A stretch of DNA of 64,000 bases from the NCBI RefSeq assembly GCF_009914755.1, contig NC_060931.1. The stretch is one strand, 5' to 3'. Of this stretch, positions 1 through 13,943 are shown one piece after another (position 1 is the first letter of the stretch; each line of letters opens with the position of its first letter). The notes under the pieces were generated by a model. The model worked only from the letters and a program-made list of their open reading frames with translations, ran no database searches and was not told where the DNA came from. The stretch comes from the human T2T-CHM13v2.0 reference genome, Homo sapiens. The position numbers were made by a program, and so were the translations under genes.

Positions 1-2981
1 GATTCATTAGCTTCTATTAGGCGGGATGAAATAGATCATCTTGTTAACATTAACTTTGATTTTTAAATGGCTTTACTTGATTTCATATTGGGATTACAGT
101 TTGCACATAAACTGAAATAATAAATACCCCCTGCCCCACTTTAAAGGTAGTAGAAGACAATAAAATTAGAACTCAGCCAGCCTTGCAGGATTTAGATATG
201 TACTCTCAGTGTGGGTATTTACTCTAGGAGTGTTTTTATATCTTCTCTTTTGTCAAAGGAATTTAATTTCTTGACCATAAGCCTTTGCACACAGAACCCA
301 GCAGTTGGCAAATAATCCGTAGGATGTGGTACCAAGTACCTTTGTCCAGCCATTTCTTTGGCATCAAATGAATAGGATGATTACTGCAAAAACTGCTGGG
401 TGAGAATGCTTGTCAAAAACTTTGTAATCTTATATTTAACATATTCCCTAGATTGATGAGATCATAATTAATGTACCTCAAAACTACTTTGTATATGTGG
501 ATATTGGTCAAAGGTTAACACACCTTTGTTGATTTCAGTTTTTAAACAGCCTGGGAAATATATCCTGTCTTTATCTTTGCCATAAAAATGGCTGTGGTAA
601 TTGACTACTTGCATCAACTACCTTGATGGGATCCTGTCAACTCACTGAGGGGTCAACCTTAACTTTCTAAGGTCAATAGAAGTGGGCATCTCAGTCTCCC
701 CCAAGTTGGTGAGCATCCTGAATGTGTGGATCACCAACAGTCCACCTAGTGACAGCCTCTGGGCAGTACTGCCCACATTCCTACTCTGTCTCAGCCTCCT
801 CCACCAACTCGGGATCCCGTCTTCCAGTTTCTAGGTCTAGTATAGTTGAAAACAAAAATTAAGTTAAAAAAAAATGACTGTCCATAGGATATTTTAAAAG
901 TTCCAATTGAAAGTGCAGATAGAACTTTTAATGATTGCTTCAAACACAAATAAACTGAGTACTCATTTAACTATTTTAGACTGTTTCAATATAACAAAAT
1001 GAAACAGAGAGGACTTCAAGGCAAAAATGATTCAGAGAGGCTACATGGAGAGGACTTCAAAGAGATGACTGGGGGTCAGAGAAGGGCCTGATTGTCAACC
1101 ATGCAACCATGCATGGTGAGCCAAGCAGGCACCAAGCAAGCATGTCTGGCCAGGGCCTAAAACAATAAAATGACATGAATGCTGGCCTTAGCAAGTTAAC
1201 AAGTGGCCAGAGTGCAGGAGAGCAAAACAGACAAATCACAGTTTCTTCGCTTGCACAGTGAGCAGGGGCTCACTTCACAGCAAACCCCACACACCCTATG
1301 CTGCTTCTAACCGTTTGTTCAGCAGGCTATAGAGGTGGCCTATATCCAGCACAGCACCAATGATTTATACAACTACACTGAAGGGAAGCAAGAAGCATTT
1401 CTTTAAAAAAAAAAAAAATCAGTGGGTATTTCTCATTTGGTGCTTGGGAAGCAGTAACCTAGTTTCTGGGCTGGCTGAAGAAAAATAACAAAGTGCCTGA
1501 TTTTTCAGTGCTGGGTCATTTCTAGAAGAAATAACTAGATGAAAGGATACCCATCAAAGTCTTTTAGAGATAAACCAGGGCAACTTTCAGTTGTTTGGAT
1601 GAATAACCTTAATTCCTATTAATATAAGCTGTGTTTGTCCTGTAGTGGAAGATCTACATGTATTGTGATGCAAATTTAATTTGGTTGAAAGCTTGCAATG
1701 CCACTAAAATTCTGAGAACTGCAAGTTTAAGACCTTTAAAGCTAGAGCTGAATAAACATGGGTATACTGTGCATTCTGGTATGTATAATAATTTGTTCTA
1801 ATAAACGTTTTGTTGATGTAGGTGAGGGATGGGGGACAATATTTGATCATAGGCTATTTTAGTCTTTCTATCCTTAAAACATCAAAACATAAGATTTGTA
1901 AGAAAGAATAGCTACCATGGAGTATTGGGGCAGCAGTCTGTGTCTTTGATCCAAGACAAATATGGGTCAAAATTGGAGGAAGCACACAAAGTTTACACAT
2001 CTGACATTTATTAGAGGTTTTATAAATGTTTGCTGTCTGATTGATTGACTGGTTGAAGGAATACATGAAGTAGTCTGTTTTATGTACTACCCAACTTCTC
2101 CCATGTCTCCTTCTGTGCCTAGTGTTGCATTTGCTCTTTGCCTCACCTCCACATAGCAGTACCTCATGTGGATGCCTGATCTCCTGGGGGTGGGGAGGCT
2201 GAGAGATTGCGATCTAGACTTGTTCTGACCATGCACTCACACTGTGAAACTTCGTTTCCCTTGTACACTTTATCAACCTCTGGAAAGGTATATTATGAGA
2301 CTACTTCCAAGCTCTAAATTATCCACAGGTAGCTTAAGACTTAACCAAATGAGTATCTTCTTCAAATTTTAGATGACAAATTTAGGGGTGGAAGCTTCCT
2401 GAAAAAATCTCCCAAACAACTCAAGACAGCTGCCAAGAAGCCAGGATAGAAAAACTCTGGGTTTCAATTCTCAGTTGAGGTGAGAATCCAGAAGAGTGAG
2501 CCTTCTCAATTCAGGAAACAGATTTCCAACTCAGATAGTTCAATGACCACATACTATATTTGATGGATTCCAAGGTGCAAATTTTAACATCTCTGTGTTA
2601 GGCTATATTTTACAATAAATACCATCGAGCAATTGCTGATGGCTAGGCCAGTGTGGTACAGTTGACATTGCCTGAGTTGTGAAAACAGCAAAAGCATCAT
2701 CATAAAAAGTTGCAGAATGACTGACAGCTGCCCAGAAGACAATCCTGGAGAAAACAGTGGGACACTCTTTTAGCTCCTAGGAACCAAATGATTGCAGAGA
2801 AAGGGAGTTATTCTAGCTCTTGATGATTGCTCAAGGCTTAGCCCCAAAGGATTTTAGTTCTTTTTGTAAAGTTTTTAAAGGAATATTGTATCAACAATAT
2901 AGACATTAATGATACTGAGTTCGAAAGTAATCACAAAAGTGTCAAACTATGATCATGAAGTTTTAGGAATATATATTAACC

Positions 2982-3516
2982 TGAGGTGCCCAACCCGTGG
3001 GCCATCGACTGGTACTGATCCGTGGCCTGTTAGGAACCAGGCTGCACAGCAGGAGGTGAACGGTGGGCCAGTGAGCGAAGCTTCATCTGTATTTACAGCT
3101 GCTCTCCATTGCTCATATTATCACCTAAGCTCTGCCCCCTGTTAGATCAGTGACAACATTAAATTCCCATAGGAATGCAAACCCTATTGTGAAGTGTGCA
3201 TGTGAGGGATCTAGGTTGTGTGCTCCTGTGAGAATCAATTGCCTGATGATCTGTGACTGTCTCCCATCACCCCCAGGTGGGGTAGTTTATTAACAGTTGT
3301 GGGAAAACAAGCTCAGGGCTCCCACTGATTCTACATTATGGCGAGTTGTATAATTATTTCATTCTATGTTACAAAGTAACAATAATAGAAATAAAGTGCT
3401 CAGTAAAGGTAATGCCCTCGAATCATCCCAAAAATATCATCGCCAACTTCCCAGGGTCTGGAAAAATTGTCTTCCGTGAAACTGGTCCCTGATGCCAAAA
3501 AGGTTGGTGACTACTG
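2982..3516 (+). mobile_element. MER1A-type hAT-Charlie non-autonomous DNA transposon
   Basis: Recognisable consensus motifs (cgtggcctgttaggaaccaggctgcacagcaggagg ... actggtccctgatgccaaaaaggttgg); ~535 bp; near-perfect 8-bp TSD tattaacc/cattaacc. Confidence 0.9.
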
Positions 3517-4877
3517 CATTAACCAATATATTTCATCTATGGTTTTGTTTCATGTGTGTACAATGATAATAAATTATAAAAATAAGTGTCTAAATACATA
3601 TAAGAGAGCTTTCCAATTTGCGCAGAATTCTAAGTGGTGAGACTATACTGTATCATAGTTTAATAAAGCAATGTTTTTCCTTCTGGTTAGTACATAAAAT
3701 AATGGGGCTGCTTCTCAAGTGAGAAGAGAATAATAATAATAATAACGGGCCTCCTAGGATCTATGGTGTCACATCTAAGCACATCTGATATATTTTCAAA
3801 AAGTTCCGAGAGAAATGCTCTTTATTTCAGGGTTTACAAATTACTCAAAGTAGAGAAATGAAGGATGTCAACATGCCAAATCTAGGATTAATTAACTGGT
3901 AATTTTAGAAAATCACATTAAAACAGAGGAATGCAATATTAGTAGCTGTGGGAAGAAGGGCCGATGAGTGTGCTGGTAAATGTGTTGTATGGGAATTTTG
4001 GTTAACAGGCACGCATTCTGCACACAGCATCTGCACTGGGTTGTTACATTTTCCCTGAAACTAATTTGAGATTTCCTCAGGTTGTGACAACTTGATGAGG
4101 AAAATAGGCCATTCCTCTGGTTGTTAGCTAACCTCACCATCTCTCTCTCTCTCTCTTTTTTTTTTAAAGGAAGAACAGAGTTATTTATAGATCCTATTAA
4201 TTTAGCTTAAATGATTCTAGTTACTGGATATGCATAATCAGCTTTTTCCTCTTTTCTACTTAGAGTTGCCTGGAAATGCATTGGATGAAAGATTAGAAAA
4301 ATGTATCATTTAAGGGCATCCATAACTGCCTCTAATGTCATAATACAAGTTCAGTTATCAGGCCATGTGTAAAATAGGCAGATTCAGTCCTCTGTGGTAG
4401 GAGGTCAGATTGTTTGCTTGTGCTTACAAACACGTGGGCAGAGAGAGGCTCTTAACTTGAGAAGTGTCCCTTAATGTCACGTTGAATGGAATTGGAGTAC
4501 ACTCTTCTGTATTTTCAAGCACACATAGCTAATTCACAGTAGGAAATTTTAAAAAAGGTTTGAGGAAGATTTCCTACTGGGAGATTAGCAAAGGGATTAT
4601 TTGGTGGGGACCATGGGAGAATTTTGTTTTTCCCTGGGTAACCATCAGTCTTCTGGTTAATGAAAGTGTCCATTATTCAGTTTAATGGACCTAACCTGTG
4701 TTATTATAATAGCAGTGGGGGTCTGTTGCCTGTGTGGTCCTAGGGAGATGACAGACAGGGAGAGAATTTGGGAAGCTGTGTGGAATAATGGCCAAATTTC
4801 TTTTCTGATGGTGGGATCAATTTGAGCTACCATGCCATCAACCTGGTCAAGCCACTGGAAGGCGGTAATAGAAAAAT

Positions 4878-5233
4878 TACTTTGTTTTTGGAAATGATTT
4901 CAAATTTTGAAAAAAGTTGCCCCAATAGCACAAAAAAGTTTCCATTACATTTGAGGAAATGTTATTATTTTGCCATATTTATTGATTTCCCAATTATAGA
5001 TATATATAATATTATAGACAGAAAAAATAACCATACAGCTGAAGATGGAAAAGTTATTAAATTGGTGCAAAAGTAATTGCAGTTTTCGCAATTTAAAAGT
5101 AATGGCAAAGACCACAGTTACTTTTGCACCTACCTTATAACTTTTCCCTCTCCGGCTGTTAAATTATTTTTTCTGTTTATAATATAATCTGTGTCTATCT
5201 GTAAGTTGTTTTTTTCTTCTGAAACATTTGAGG
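4878..5233 (-). mobile_element. Old L1M (L1MC/ME-like) 3' fragment hosting the MADE1 hairpin
   Basis: tttggaaatgatttcaaattttgaaaaaagttgc ... ttttgccatattt ... ttcttctgaaacatttgag resembles the antisense L1MC 3' end. Confidence 0.5.
5057..5137. mobile_element. MADE1 mariner MITE (Hsmar1-derived, ~80 bp palindrome)
   Basis: ttaaattggtgcaaaagtaattgcagttttcgca...tggcaaagaccacagttacttttgcacctacctta, flanked by TA on both sides (5055-5056, 5138-5139). Confidence 0.93.
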
Positions 5234-6051
5234 ACTTTGACTTTGAGCCCAAGACTGATACCACCACTTCTAGTTTAAAGGCAAGATGGTCATCAGCCCA
5301 GACCTGGCTCCAGGCTTTACCCTTTCTTTCTTGTATAGTTGAGTCTCCTGTGGGCTCAGTTCTGCTCTCGGTTCCCATTGCCTGGCCTCACCTGAATTCA
5401 GTCTGCTCCAGCACCCTGTGCTTCAGCTTAATAACCAAGTTATTTCTGGTTATGCTCCCTCCCTAATATAACACTCAAAATTGGTCCCAGGCTTCAATCC
5501 TTGCTCATCCCTCTGGTCACCATCTCTGGGCATACACAGTTAGCTACTTCTTCCTCCTCCTGATCCAGGGTCCTGAACTACTTTTGCCAGACCCTCTCCT
5601 GTTTCTAAATCACAGGCTGTCAACAGATTTCTTCAGTCTGGATATTCTAGCTCCCTATTCTTCAGACTGAGCCTCAGCCCTCAGATGGCCTGTTGCAGGG
5701 CTTTCATGCTAAAACACTTGACCACAAGCATGCGTTTAATCATTCTTTCATTTCATCCATGTGTTGAATGGCCACATCATTTAAACTTCCCTCTTCCTGT
5801 GTGCTGGGATTTTGACCAAATATTTCTATACCATTTGCACACTCTGTTTGATTGACCTTCCTGGGGTATCTGCTGTCAACCCCAACATATAGGCCCATTT
5901 CTGATTCCCCTGCTCATCTTAGTGGGTGGGTCCACATGATGGCCATGACTCTTTTCACCTTCTCTGTTTCAAAAGTGTGAAAACGGTTATTTCCAATCAA
6001 ATAGTTCTTTCTTCTGTACTTGGCAGACACACGTTACAGCTGGTTTGACCT

Positions 6052-6260
6052 CTGGCCTGGATCTTAGTTCCGCTACTTTCTAGTGGTGGAAACTATTACC
6101 TTGCGTCTGTTTCTTAACCCTTCTAAACTTCATTTTCCTCATTTGTAAAATGGAGATGATAACAGCTACCTTATGTTTTCTTGTGCATGCATTAAAAGAG
6201 ATTAAAGCATTTAGCAAAATGTCTTGCAAGTAGTAAATGCTTAATTCGTGGTAGCTAATT
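6052..6260 (+). mobile_element. MIR SINE
   Basis: Core motif ttttcctcatttgtaaaatggagatgataacagctacc and MIR-type 3' end. Confidence 0.8.
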
Positions 6261-6535
6261 TTTATTATTTCAGTTCAGCTGAAGTGATGCCTAACTACAA
6301 TGACAAAGAACAATGATATGTGATAAATACAATAATAGAAATAGGTAAAGTCTGCTTTGGGAACGTAAGTTCCAGGTAAAGACATGCATAATTCTCTCTT
6401 GAGATATGGAGGAGGAAGGCTAAGCTTTAGAGGAGAGATAACAGCTGAGCTGGGCTTTGAAGGATACATAGGAGTTTGTCAGAAAAACAAGGGTAGAAAG
6501 AAATCACATGAGCAGAGAAACCCATTCAGTTAGGC

Positions 6536-6731
6536 CAGAATTTCCCAAGTTGGGCACTATTGACATTTTGGATTTGGTAATGGCTGTTGTAGGCACCTGT
6601 TCACTGTGGAATGTTTAGCAACATCTCCAGCCTCTACTTACTCTACCCAGTAGCATCCTCTCCCCATCACAGTGGTGACATTGCCAAATGTCCCCTAAAC
6701 CCTTATCCTTTATTCTCACTTGAGAATTCTG
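6536..6731 (-). mobile_element. MER20 hAT-Charlie element
   Basis: ggcactattgacattttgga ... atgtttagcaacatc ... gacattgccaaatgtcccct. Confidence 0.8.
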
Positions 6732-7343
6732 AGTTGGGCCAATAGGAGATTGGAAAACTTTAGGAAAGCTTCTCCATTTTTACTGCTGGTCTTGTCAGCT
6801 TCCACTTTCCAGAAAATAGGACCTCAGTTGGGTTTCCAAGCTCTGTTAAGTGACTGTATTTCTCATTAGCTATCCAAATGGTCATGTACTCATCCTGCTG
6901 GCATATATTTGAGCCAATGATTACTGAGTATCTAGTGTGTTTCAGATGCTATGTTAAGCACCAATTACACAGAATCCTCCCTCAGTCATGGTTTGTGGTT
7001 GGGGCACAGATCCAGAAATGTACTCACTTTTAAAATTCTTATATACCCCAGTCATTCTTACAGAATTTTGTTTCAATCTGTGTGTAATTTATCACCATAA
7101 ATCATTCTTTAACTTGTTATTGCTAATCATTAACTCATTATAAGATTATAATTGTGGGTATAATTATCAAACATAAAATATTAATTGCACATACCTCCAT
7201 GGATTTAATAATGACTATAACTTTATGCCTCCTCACACTGGCTGCTGTAGGCTCTGTGCCTTCATCTTCAGACTCTTCAGGACCCTTCTGATCGGTGAGT
7301 CTAGGAGTGCATAAACTGCAGTCCCAACAGCATGCATCAAATC

Positions 7344-7649
7344 TTTTTTTTTTTTTTTTTTTTTTTGAGATGGAGTCTCCTCTGTCACCCAGGCTGGAGT
7401 GCAGTGGCAGGATCTTGGCTTACTACAATCTCCAACTCCCGGGTTCAAGTGATTCTCCTGCCTCAGCTTCCTGAGTAACTGGGACTACACGCACTTGCGA
7501 CCAAGTCCAGCTGATTCTTTTGTATTTTTAGTAGAGACAGGATTTCACCATGTTGGTCAGGCTGGTCTTGAACTCCTGACCTCAAGTGATCCACCCGCTT
7601 AGGCTTCCCAAAGTGTTGGGATTATAGGCATAAGTCACTGCACCAGGCC
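7344..7649 (-). mobile_element. AluS (Sx-like), full length
   Basis: Poly-T plus antisense Alu dimer; TSD catgcatcaaat at 7331-7342 and 7651-7662. Confidence 0.97.
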
Positions 7650-8250
7650 TCATGCATCAAATTTTGATTAACCTGCATCCCTTCTATTTCTTTTGCTTAA
7701 CTCCCACATCTTAATTGCACTCTATGGATTGATCTATTTTCTTTAGTTAATACCTGGCTCTTACTATTCACAATTCCCCCCTTCAATTCCTTCTCCGTAG
7801 GATTATTGTTATTTGTAGCAACAACAACAGCAAAATATAAAAGTGCACATGCTTAGACATTGGGGTGGCATGAGTCATGACAAGGTGACGTCTGAAACAT
7901 GGGCCTGGGTACAATTTGTAGAAGTGCATTCAACCATAATTATTGTAAATGGCTTGAGGACAATTCCATTCTCTAATATCCATGGAGAATTACTGAATTG
8001 CCACCCACTCTGAACATTAGCTACTTTACGGAAGGGAACACTTAAATCTTCTACAATTGCAAAGCAGAGAAGCCTAGATCAATAAGGTTGTATGCATGTG
8101 TGTGTGCGAGTAAGTATATTTTGATCAGTTGTGATCTGTTTGATTTCTGTAGAGGGACAAGTATGTAAATGTTTATCTCACATCAGGTTAGTGATGGGAC
8201 CTGTGGTTCTGAGGATAATGATGTCATATGAGAGGACATCCCAGATGCAG

Positions 8251-8620
8251 TCACTTTAGGGAACCTCTGTTGTCTATGAAGCCATACTCTCTGAATTCAC
8301 AAAACTCGTGCTTGTGTAAAATAATAGCTACTACATTACCATGTCTTGCTTTCAGTTCTTTTCTGCAATTTAGTAATTTGCTGCATGTATAGTTGGCAAA
8401 ATTTAATTTGTTTATGATGATTCCTTTTACTTTCTTTGCAGTTGAGTTTTGCCATTTTTCCATCTTGGAAACTGATATGAAACATAAAAATGTTTAGAGT
8501 TGTCTGACAACTCCCTAGGAAACTTTTAACAACCATTAATTTAGAAACAATTTTGCTTCTGTAATTCATTTCTCAATTGGTTGTGATGGAAGTAATTGTC
8601 ATATCCAGAGGGAGAATCTT
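8251..8620 (-). mobile_element. Possible ancient RTE-clade LINE (L4/MamRTE-like) reverse transcriptase remnant
   Basis: Minus-strand peptides across a frameshift (TLNIF..QDGK, KKVKGIIINKLNFAN, EFCEFREYGFIDNRGSL) fall in the order of RTE RT motifs; judged by eye only. Confidence 0.35.
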
Positions 8621-10185
8621 GACTTCAGGCAATACATAAATATCTACACTCTTCAGAAACAGCATTGTTTTAGTGGTAAATGCCCTCAGTTATAAAGAAA
8701 AATGGAATTAAATCAGGGAAGCATAATACCATGGCAGAACCCTTTCTCAATAACAATCAAAATTACCAGCCCTGTGCATCATACACTTCAGTAAGAGAGA
8801 AAGACTGATTTTATTCTTGAAATCTTTATTTCTCAAATGTTTGATTAGGTGAGTCCATACCTATGTATAATCCACACATTCATTATACATGCAACAAAAG
8901 TATTTTTATTACCAAACATCTGGTATTTCAGTGTCAAAAAATAAGTTACCTAATTTCTCTGAATTTTACTTTGTTATTTTCAGAATAAGGATAAATTTAC
9001 CCCCCTTGTAGAATTGTTGAGAGGTCTAGAAAATAACACACAAATCAGAACATGCTTTAAGGCTGCTAAATAAATGAGAACTGTTTCTGCCTATTTGTAG
9101 CTATTGTTGGCATATATTTATCATGCAAATCATCAGAAGAATAATTCTGTCTCTTCTGTTTTTGAATAGCTTTGAAACCTGTTGGATTACAAAAGGTAGC
9201 TTTATGGTTAATGATACTACAGCATCTTTTTTCACCTTGTAATATATCATAAAATATATCCATACATGTTCACAATGATACTAAAATCTGACTGTGTTAC
9301 ACAAATTTAACTAAATTAAAATGTTTTATCTATGTAATGCTCAAGTAATAAAATGATATTTGGCATATTCAAGTAATTAGTAAATTATTTCAAAAGTGTG
9401 AACCTCTTCTGGTCTATGCACCTGGCTTCCAGTTGTTTGTACTGCTATTACTTTTCTATTTAGAAAAAATTCACCAAGCGTATATACAACATCTACAATG
9501 AACAAGGCAATGTGAGAGCTGAACAGATGAATGTCATATATTTGCATATGTGATATAGAAATTAATTGCAATTCAATTTCTCTTTAAAAAGTGAGTCTTC
9601 TCCAAATTACTTTGTAGGAAAAATTCATTTAAAAGCCTGGAATTTAGCTGAGCACATGACCCACATCTGGAAACTGTATATTTTCCAGCCTTCTTTGCTG
9701 AGAGCTTTCCTGAATTCAGGCCAATGGCATGTGAAAACTGATATGTGCAACTTCTTAAATATGAACTGCTTCCTCTGGAATTCCTTGTTCACTTTCTTAA
9801 GCACAAGTCAGAGACCCTGGCTTTTGAGCTAGAAGCAGAAATAGGATGAGTCTATAGTGCTTAAATTTAGAAAAAGAGGGTTGAGAGTGTTCTGTGTTTG
9901 GGGATATACATAGAAAGATGGGTGGCTGGAAAGTATCCCCCATGGCAGATACTTCCAGGAATGACTATATGGAGACTTCCCAGCTTCCCCTGCAGCTATA
10001 CGTGGTTGTGTTTCAAAGTGTAGCCCAACGATGTCCAAGGTGATGAGTTTAACTTCGGGATCATCTCCCTTGTGATGATTTTCCTCTTCCCTTCCCAGTG
10101 GCCCTGGAATACGGTCATGGTCCTGAATAGTTTTTACCATGTAGATGAGGACAGCATCCCAGGAGATGGCAGAGCAACAGGTTAG

Positions 10186-10497
<312 letters not shown>

Positions 10498-10904
10498 AAC
10501 ACTTGGATTCTTGAATGACTTTATGAGCACAGTTGTCCTCATCCTAGGTGGCTCACTCTATTTTTGGGTATCTTTGTTACATAACTTAGTCTATTCCATA
10601 ACTAATATAAGTCCCTCATGTGTGTATAATGCTTTACTGTTTCAAAATACTTTTAACCATATTTCTTCATTTCACTGTTTTTTTTATTATTACTGAGTGC
10701 CTAACAGAGGGGTCAGCCCTTATTGTAGGCTCAGAGGATACAGAGATGCATCAGATACTTATCAATGATAGTGAGTAACTGAGGAGGGGACAAGGATATT
10801 TTTAGGATGAATGAAATTTGGGAAGACAGGGCAAGGTGGGACTTGAAGCACATGTGCTGGAGTTTGCCTGATACAGAATGAAATCCACCTCATTTCCTTT
10901 GATT

Positions 10905-11095
10905 CAGCAGTTCTCAGCCTGTGATCTCCCGACCAACAGCATCAGCATCATCTGGGAACTTGTTAGAAATGCATATTCTCAGCTTACCTAACCCAGATCT
11001 AGTAAATCAGAGGCTCTGGGGCCAACAATCTGTGTTTTAACAAGCCCTCCAGGTAATTATGATGCATGCTTCATGCTAAAGCTTGAAAATCACTG
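10905..11095 (+). mobile_element. MER5A hAT-Charlie MITE
   Basis: cagcatcagcatcatctgggaacttgttagaaatgca ... tgttttaacaagccctccaggt; CAG..CTG termini. Confidence 0.9.
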
Positions 11096-13904
11096 CTTTA
11101 ACCGTCATAGCAGCTCTGGAAGCCAGTCGAGGAAGTCCATCAGGTAGCCGTTTTATGTAGGAAAGAACTGAAGCTTAGAGGGGCTGGGCAGTTTGCTTGT
11201 AGTGACAGAGGTAGTTAGTGGCCACCTGTGTCTTGGTGAAAGTTCATGTTCTGATCTAAATCCAAGGGACTGGACCACCTTTCTCAACTCACTATCTAGA
11301 AGATTGGGATTGGTTTCATATACGGTATCTCTACACAGTGGTAGCAGGGAAGTGAATTTTAGACTATAGGTGGAAGGTACAATTGCTGTTGGCTTCTGCA
11401 GGTAGAGTAAAGATAGGAGTTTGCTGCAGTTATCTCCCCTTGGGAATCAAGTACCCTTTTCTCAATTGATTAGGTGTGCTTCACCTTGACCCCACACTGA
11501 GCAAAAGTGGACTCGGGGGCCTGTCTACAAAAATCTATTTTCCAGTGGTAAAATGATCTTGTCAGTATAAAATGCCCAAAAGGCTCTTTCTGTGCAGGTT
11601 TATTTGGCCTCAGTGATTTAGCTATTGCCCTTTATGTACTCCTAATTGGTAGCTGTCCAGGGGGCATCAGTTCAGAAGCATCGTACTGGAACACTACTAT
11701 GACTGTTCAGAAGGTATGCTAAGCAGAGTTTGAAAACAAATTTCCTCATTGTTTTCTTGCTGAGATAGGCATGACAGGTAAGTCTTACAAGCTAAACTTT
11801 TATCATGGACAAGGTTAACCTGCATAAATAAATAAAGAGATGTATATGTATTATACACAGACATATACTATATATGTATATGTATGACAAGCAACATTTC
11901 TCATATTTTAAAACTGGATGAAAATGTCAAGGTTTTCCTATCCTTTGTAGTGCAACTTATGTTGAATTAACATTAATCATCTTTTTTTATTTCTAATATT
12001 CTTTTTTTTTTAAAAGCAGATAGGATAGACTATCATCACTCAAAATGATGAGTCAGAGTTTCAGCTGTTGTGCTTCTTTATATCATCACTTCTGTTGGTT
12101 TGTGTAGATATAAAGCAATGCTGCTATGCTGCTACCTGTGTTGTCAGAGGTAAAACAGATCTATAACTTAGATCTGTTAACTTGTTAAGAGGACTGTTGT
12201 GGAAATAGACTTTTCTAGATACAGAGAGAGACAGGGGAATATACAAACCCTATTATGCAGAAGCTACTGCTTCTGCAAGGCTTCTGAGGAAAACAAACGA
12301 ATGAACAAAAACATGCATGAAGGACAAGGCCAGGAAAAAGAACACCAAGGTATTAGCTGGGATTTTGAATCCAAACTGCAATGTGAATAGTGATTATTGC
12401 TGGATTGCAAGGTGGATGCTTTAATCCAGGCTAGAAACGTACTCATGTTCTCCAAACATGTAAGCATTGCCCCTTTCATCCTAAGTGCACCCAGGAATCT
12501 TATCTCTCCGTGGGAGAGCAAGCTAGTTGATAAGAGGTAAAAATAAGAATCACTGACATCAAAATCTAGAGTTCTGCTAATCTGGGTAGAACGCCTTCAA
12601 GAGGAATTTTATTCCAAGTGCAGCTTCAAAGAAAACTTGCTAAGAAGAGAGAGCACACTCAGTCAGGCTCATTGTAGAGGGAGCTCTATACTCAGGCACA
12701 GCCAGACAACAAATCATTCTTTCCCTTGGCCCTTTCCTTCTTCCCTCGACCACTTCTTAGTAGAGGATTGAGAACTGGGTATATGGTGAAAACTCCACCT
12801 ATGCTTTCTCAGTGTCAAAGTAGCTTTTCTGTTTGGAAAACTTTGTGGAAGAGGCATCAAATCAATTATTGGTGTCTTGCGAATGAGTGATCTGATCAAT
12901 AGAATTTTTTACTTTTATACTTATCTTAGGACCCAGAAGATACTCATTTATTCATTCAACAAATCTTTGTATTCAAGCCCTACATACCAGAATAGGATTT
13001 GTGGCTGCAAAGATCACCAAGAAACAGTTCTTGACAATGAAAAGCTCCTTTCCCCTTCAAGAGACACAGTATTAGAGGAAGAAATCAACCAAGTGACTTG
13101 ATCAAAATGAGAGGAGAAAGAGAGAATACCTCATTTGCCATAGTTCTAGGATAGCTGTTCTCATTTCCCTGGAAAGCAGACACTTTAGGACTTCAAGCTT
13201 CCTGCTCTGAAAGAGTGTGTTGAATAAGCTTTGTTGACTCCTGTGTTTCCAAGATGCCTGATGCTTTTTGCCTTTGTTCTTTGTTTTCCAGAGCTGACCT
13301 TTTCTTAATGATATTTTACTGTAACTGAGGTTCATGTTGCATCAAATAGTATGATTTAGAGAAAAGAATCCCACAGGACCTTCTTGGTAATTTTTCAGTG
13401 GTTTATTAGAATTTTAAATACTTCAGAAAATGGACTTTAGAAAACCCACTTGAAAGAATTTGAAAGAGAAAAAAATATTGACCTTTATAATAAATTGATA
13501 CTGTTATAAAAATATACCCTAGAGAACACTGGAAATGGTCCATTTAGAGTTGGACACTAGCAAAATAAGCTCTTTAATGTATCTCATAAATATATTTTAG
13601 ATGCCTTTCAAATGGTGAGAGAGGAGTACAGGAGAGTTTTTCATCCATAATCATTATTTTTTCTCACCACAGCTATCCATCCAATATAATTTATACATGA
13701 CATTTAGATAGAAGTGGGTAAGTTTCTACTTCCTGTTTCTAAACACAGGGGCATGGACAGTATCAATTAGATTCTATTTATTGTAATAACGTTGATTCTA
13801 GTAGAGGTTACACATACGTAAGAATTGTGTGATGTTCTGTCTCTGGAAAAGTAGTCAAACGTATCTTGGAAAATAGTGGTCATTGTGATTACAGTTTTAA
13901 CACA

Positions 13905-13943
13905 AAATATATAATGAATTATATATAATGAATATATAATGAA
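13905..13943. repeat. Short tandem repeat, ~(atatataatgaa)x3
   Basis: Seen directly in sequence. Confidence 0.75.

Noticed and set aside
1138-1147. Perfect p53 half-site AAGCATGTCT
   Set aside because: No adequate adjacent second half-site.
5057-5137. Assignment to a specific MIR548 gene
   Set aside because: Many MADE1 copies look alike; I cannot match it to a named miRNA without a database search.
12154-12178. Perfect 10-bp stem hairpin aacagatcta/tagatctgtt (similar one at 57871-57895)
   Set aside because: Short stems like this arise by chance or small template switches in 64 kb of AT-rich DNA; no terminator or RNA-gene context.
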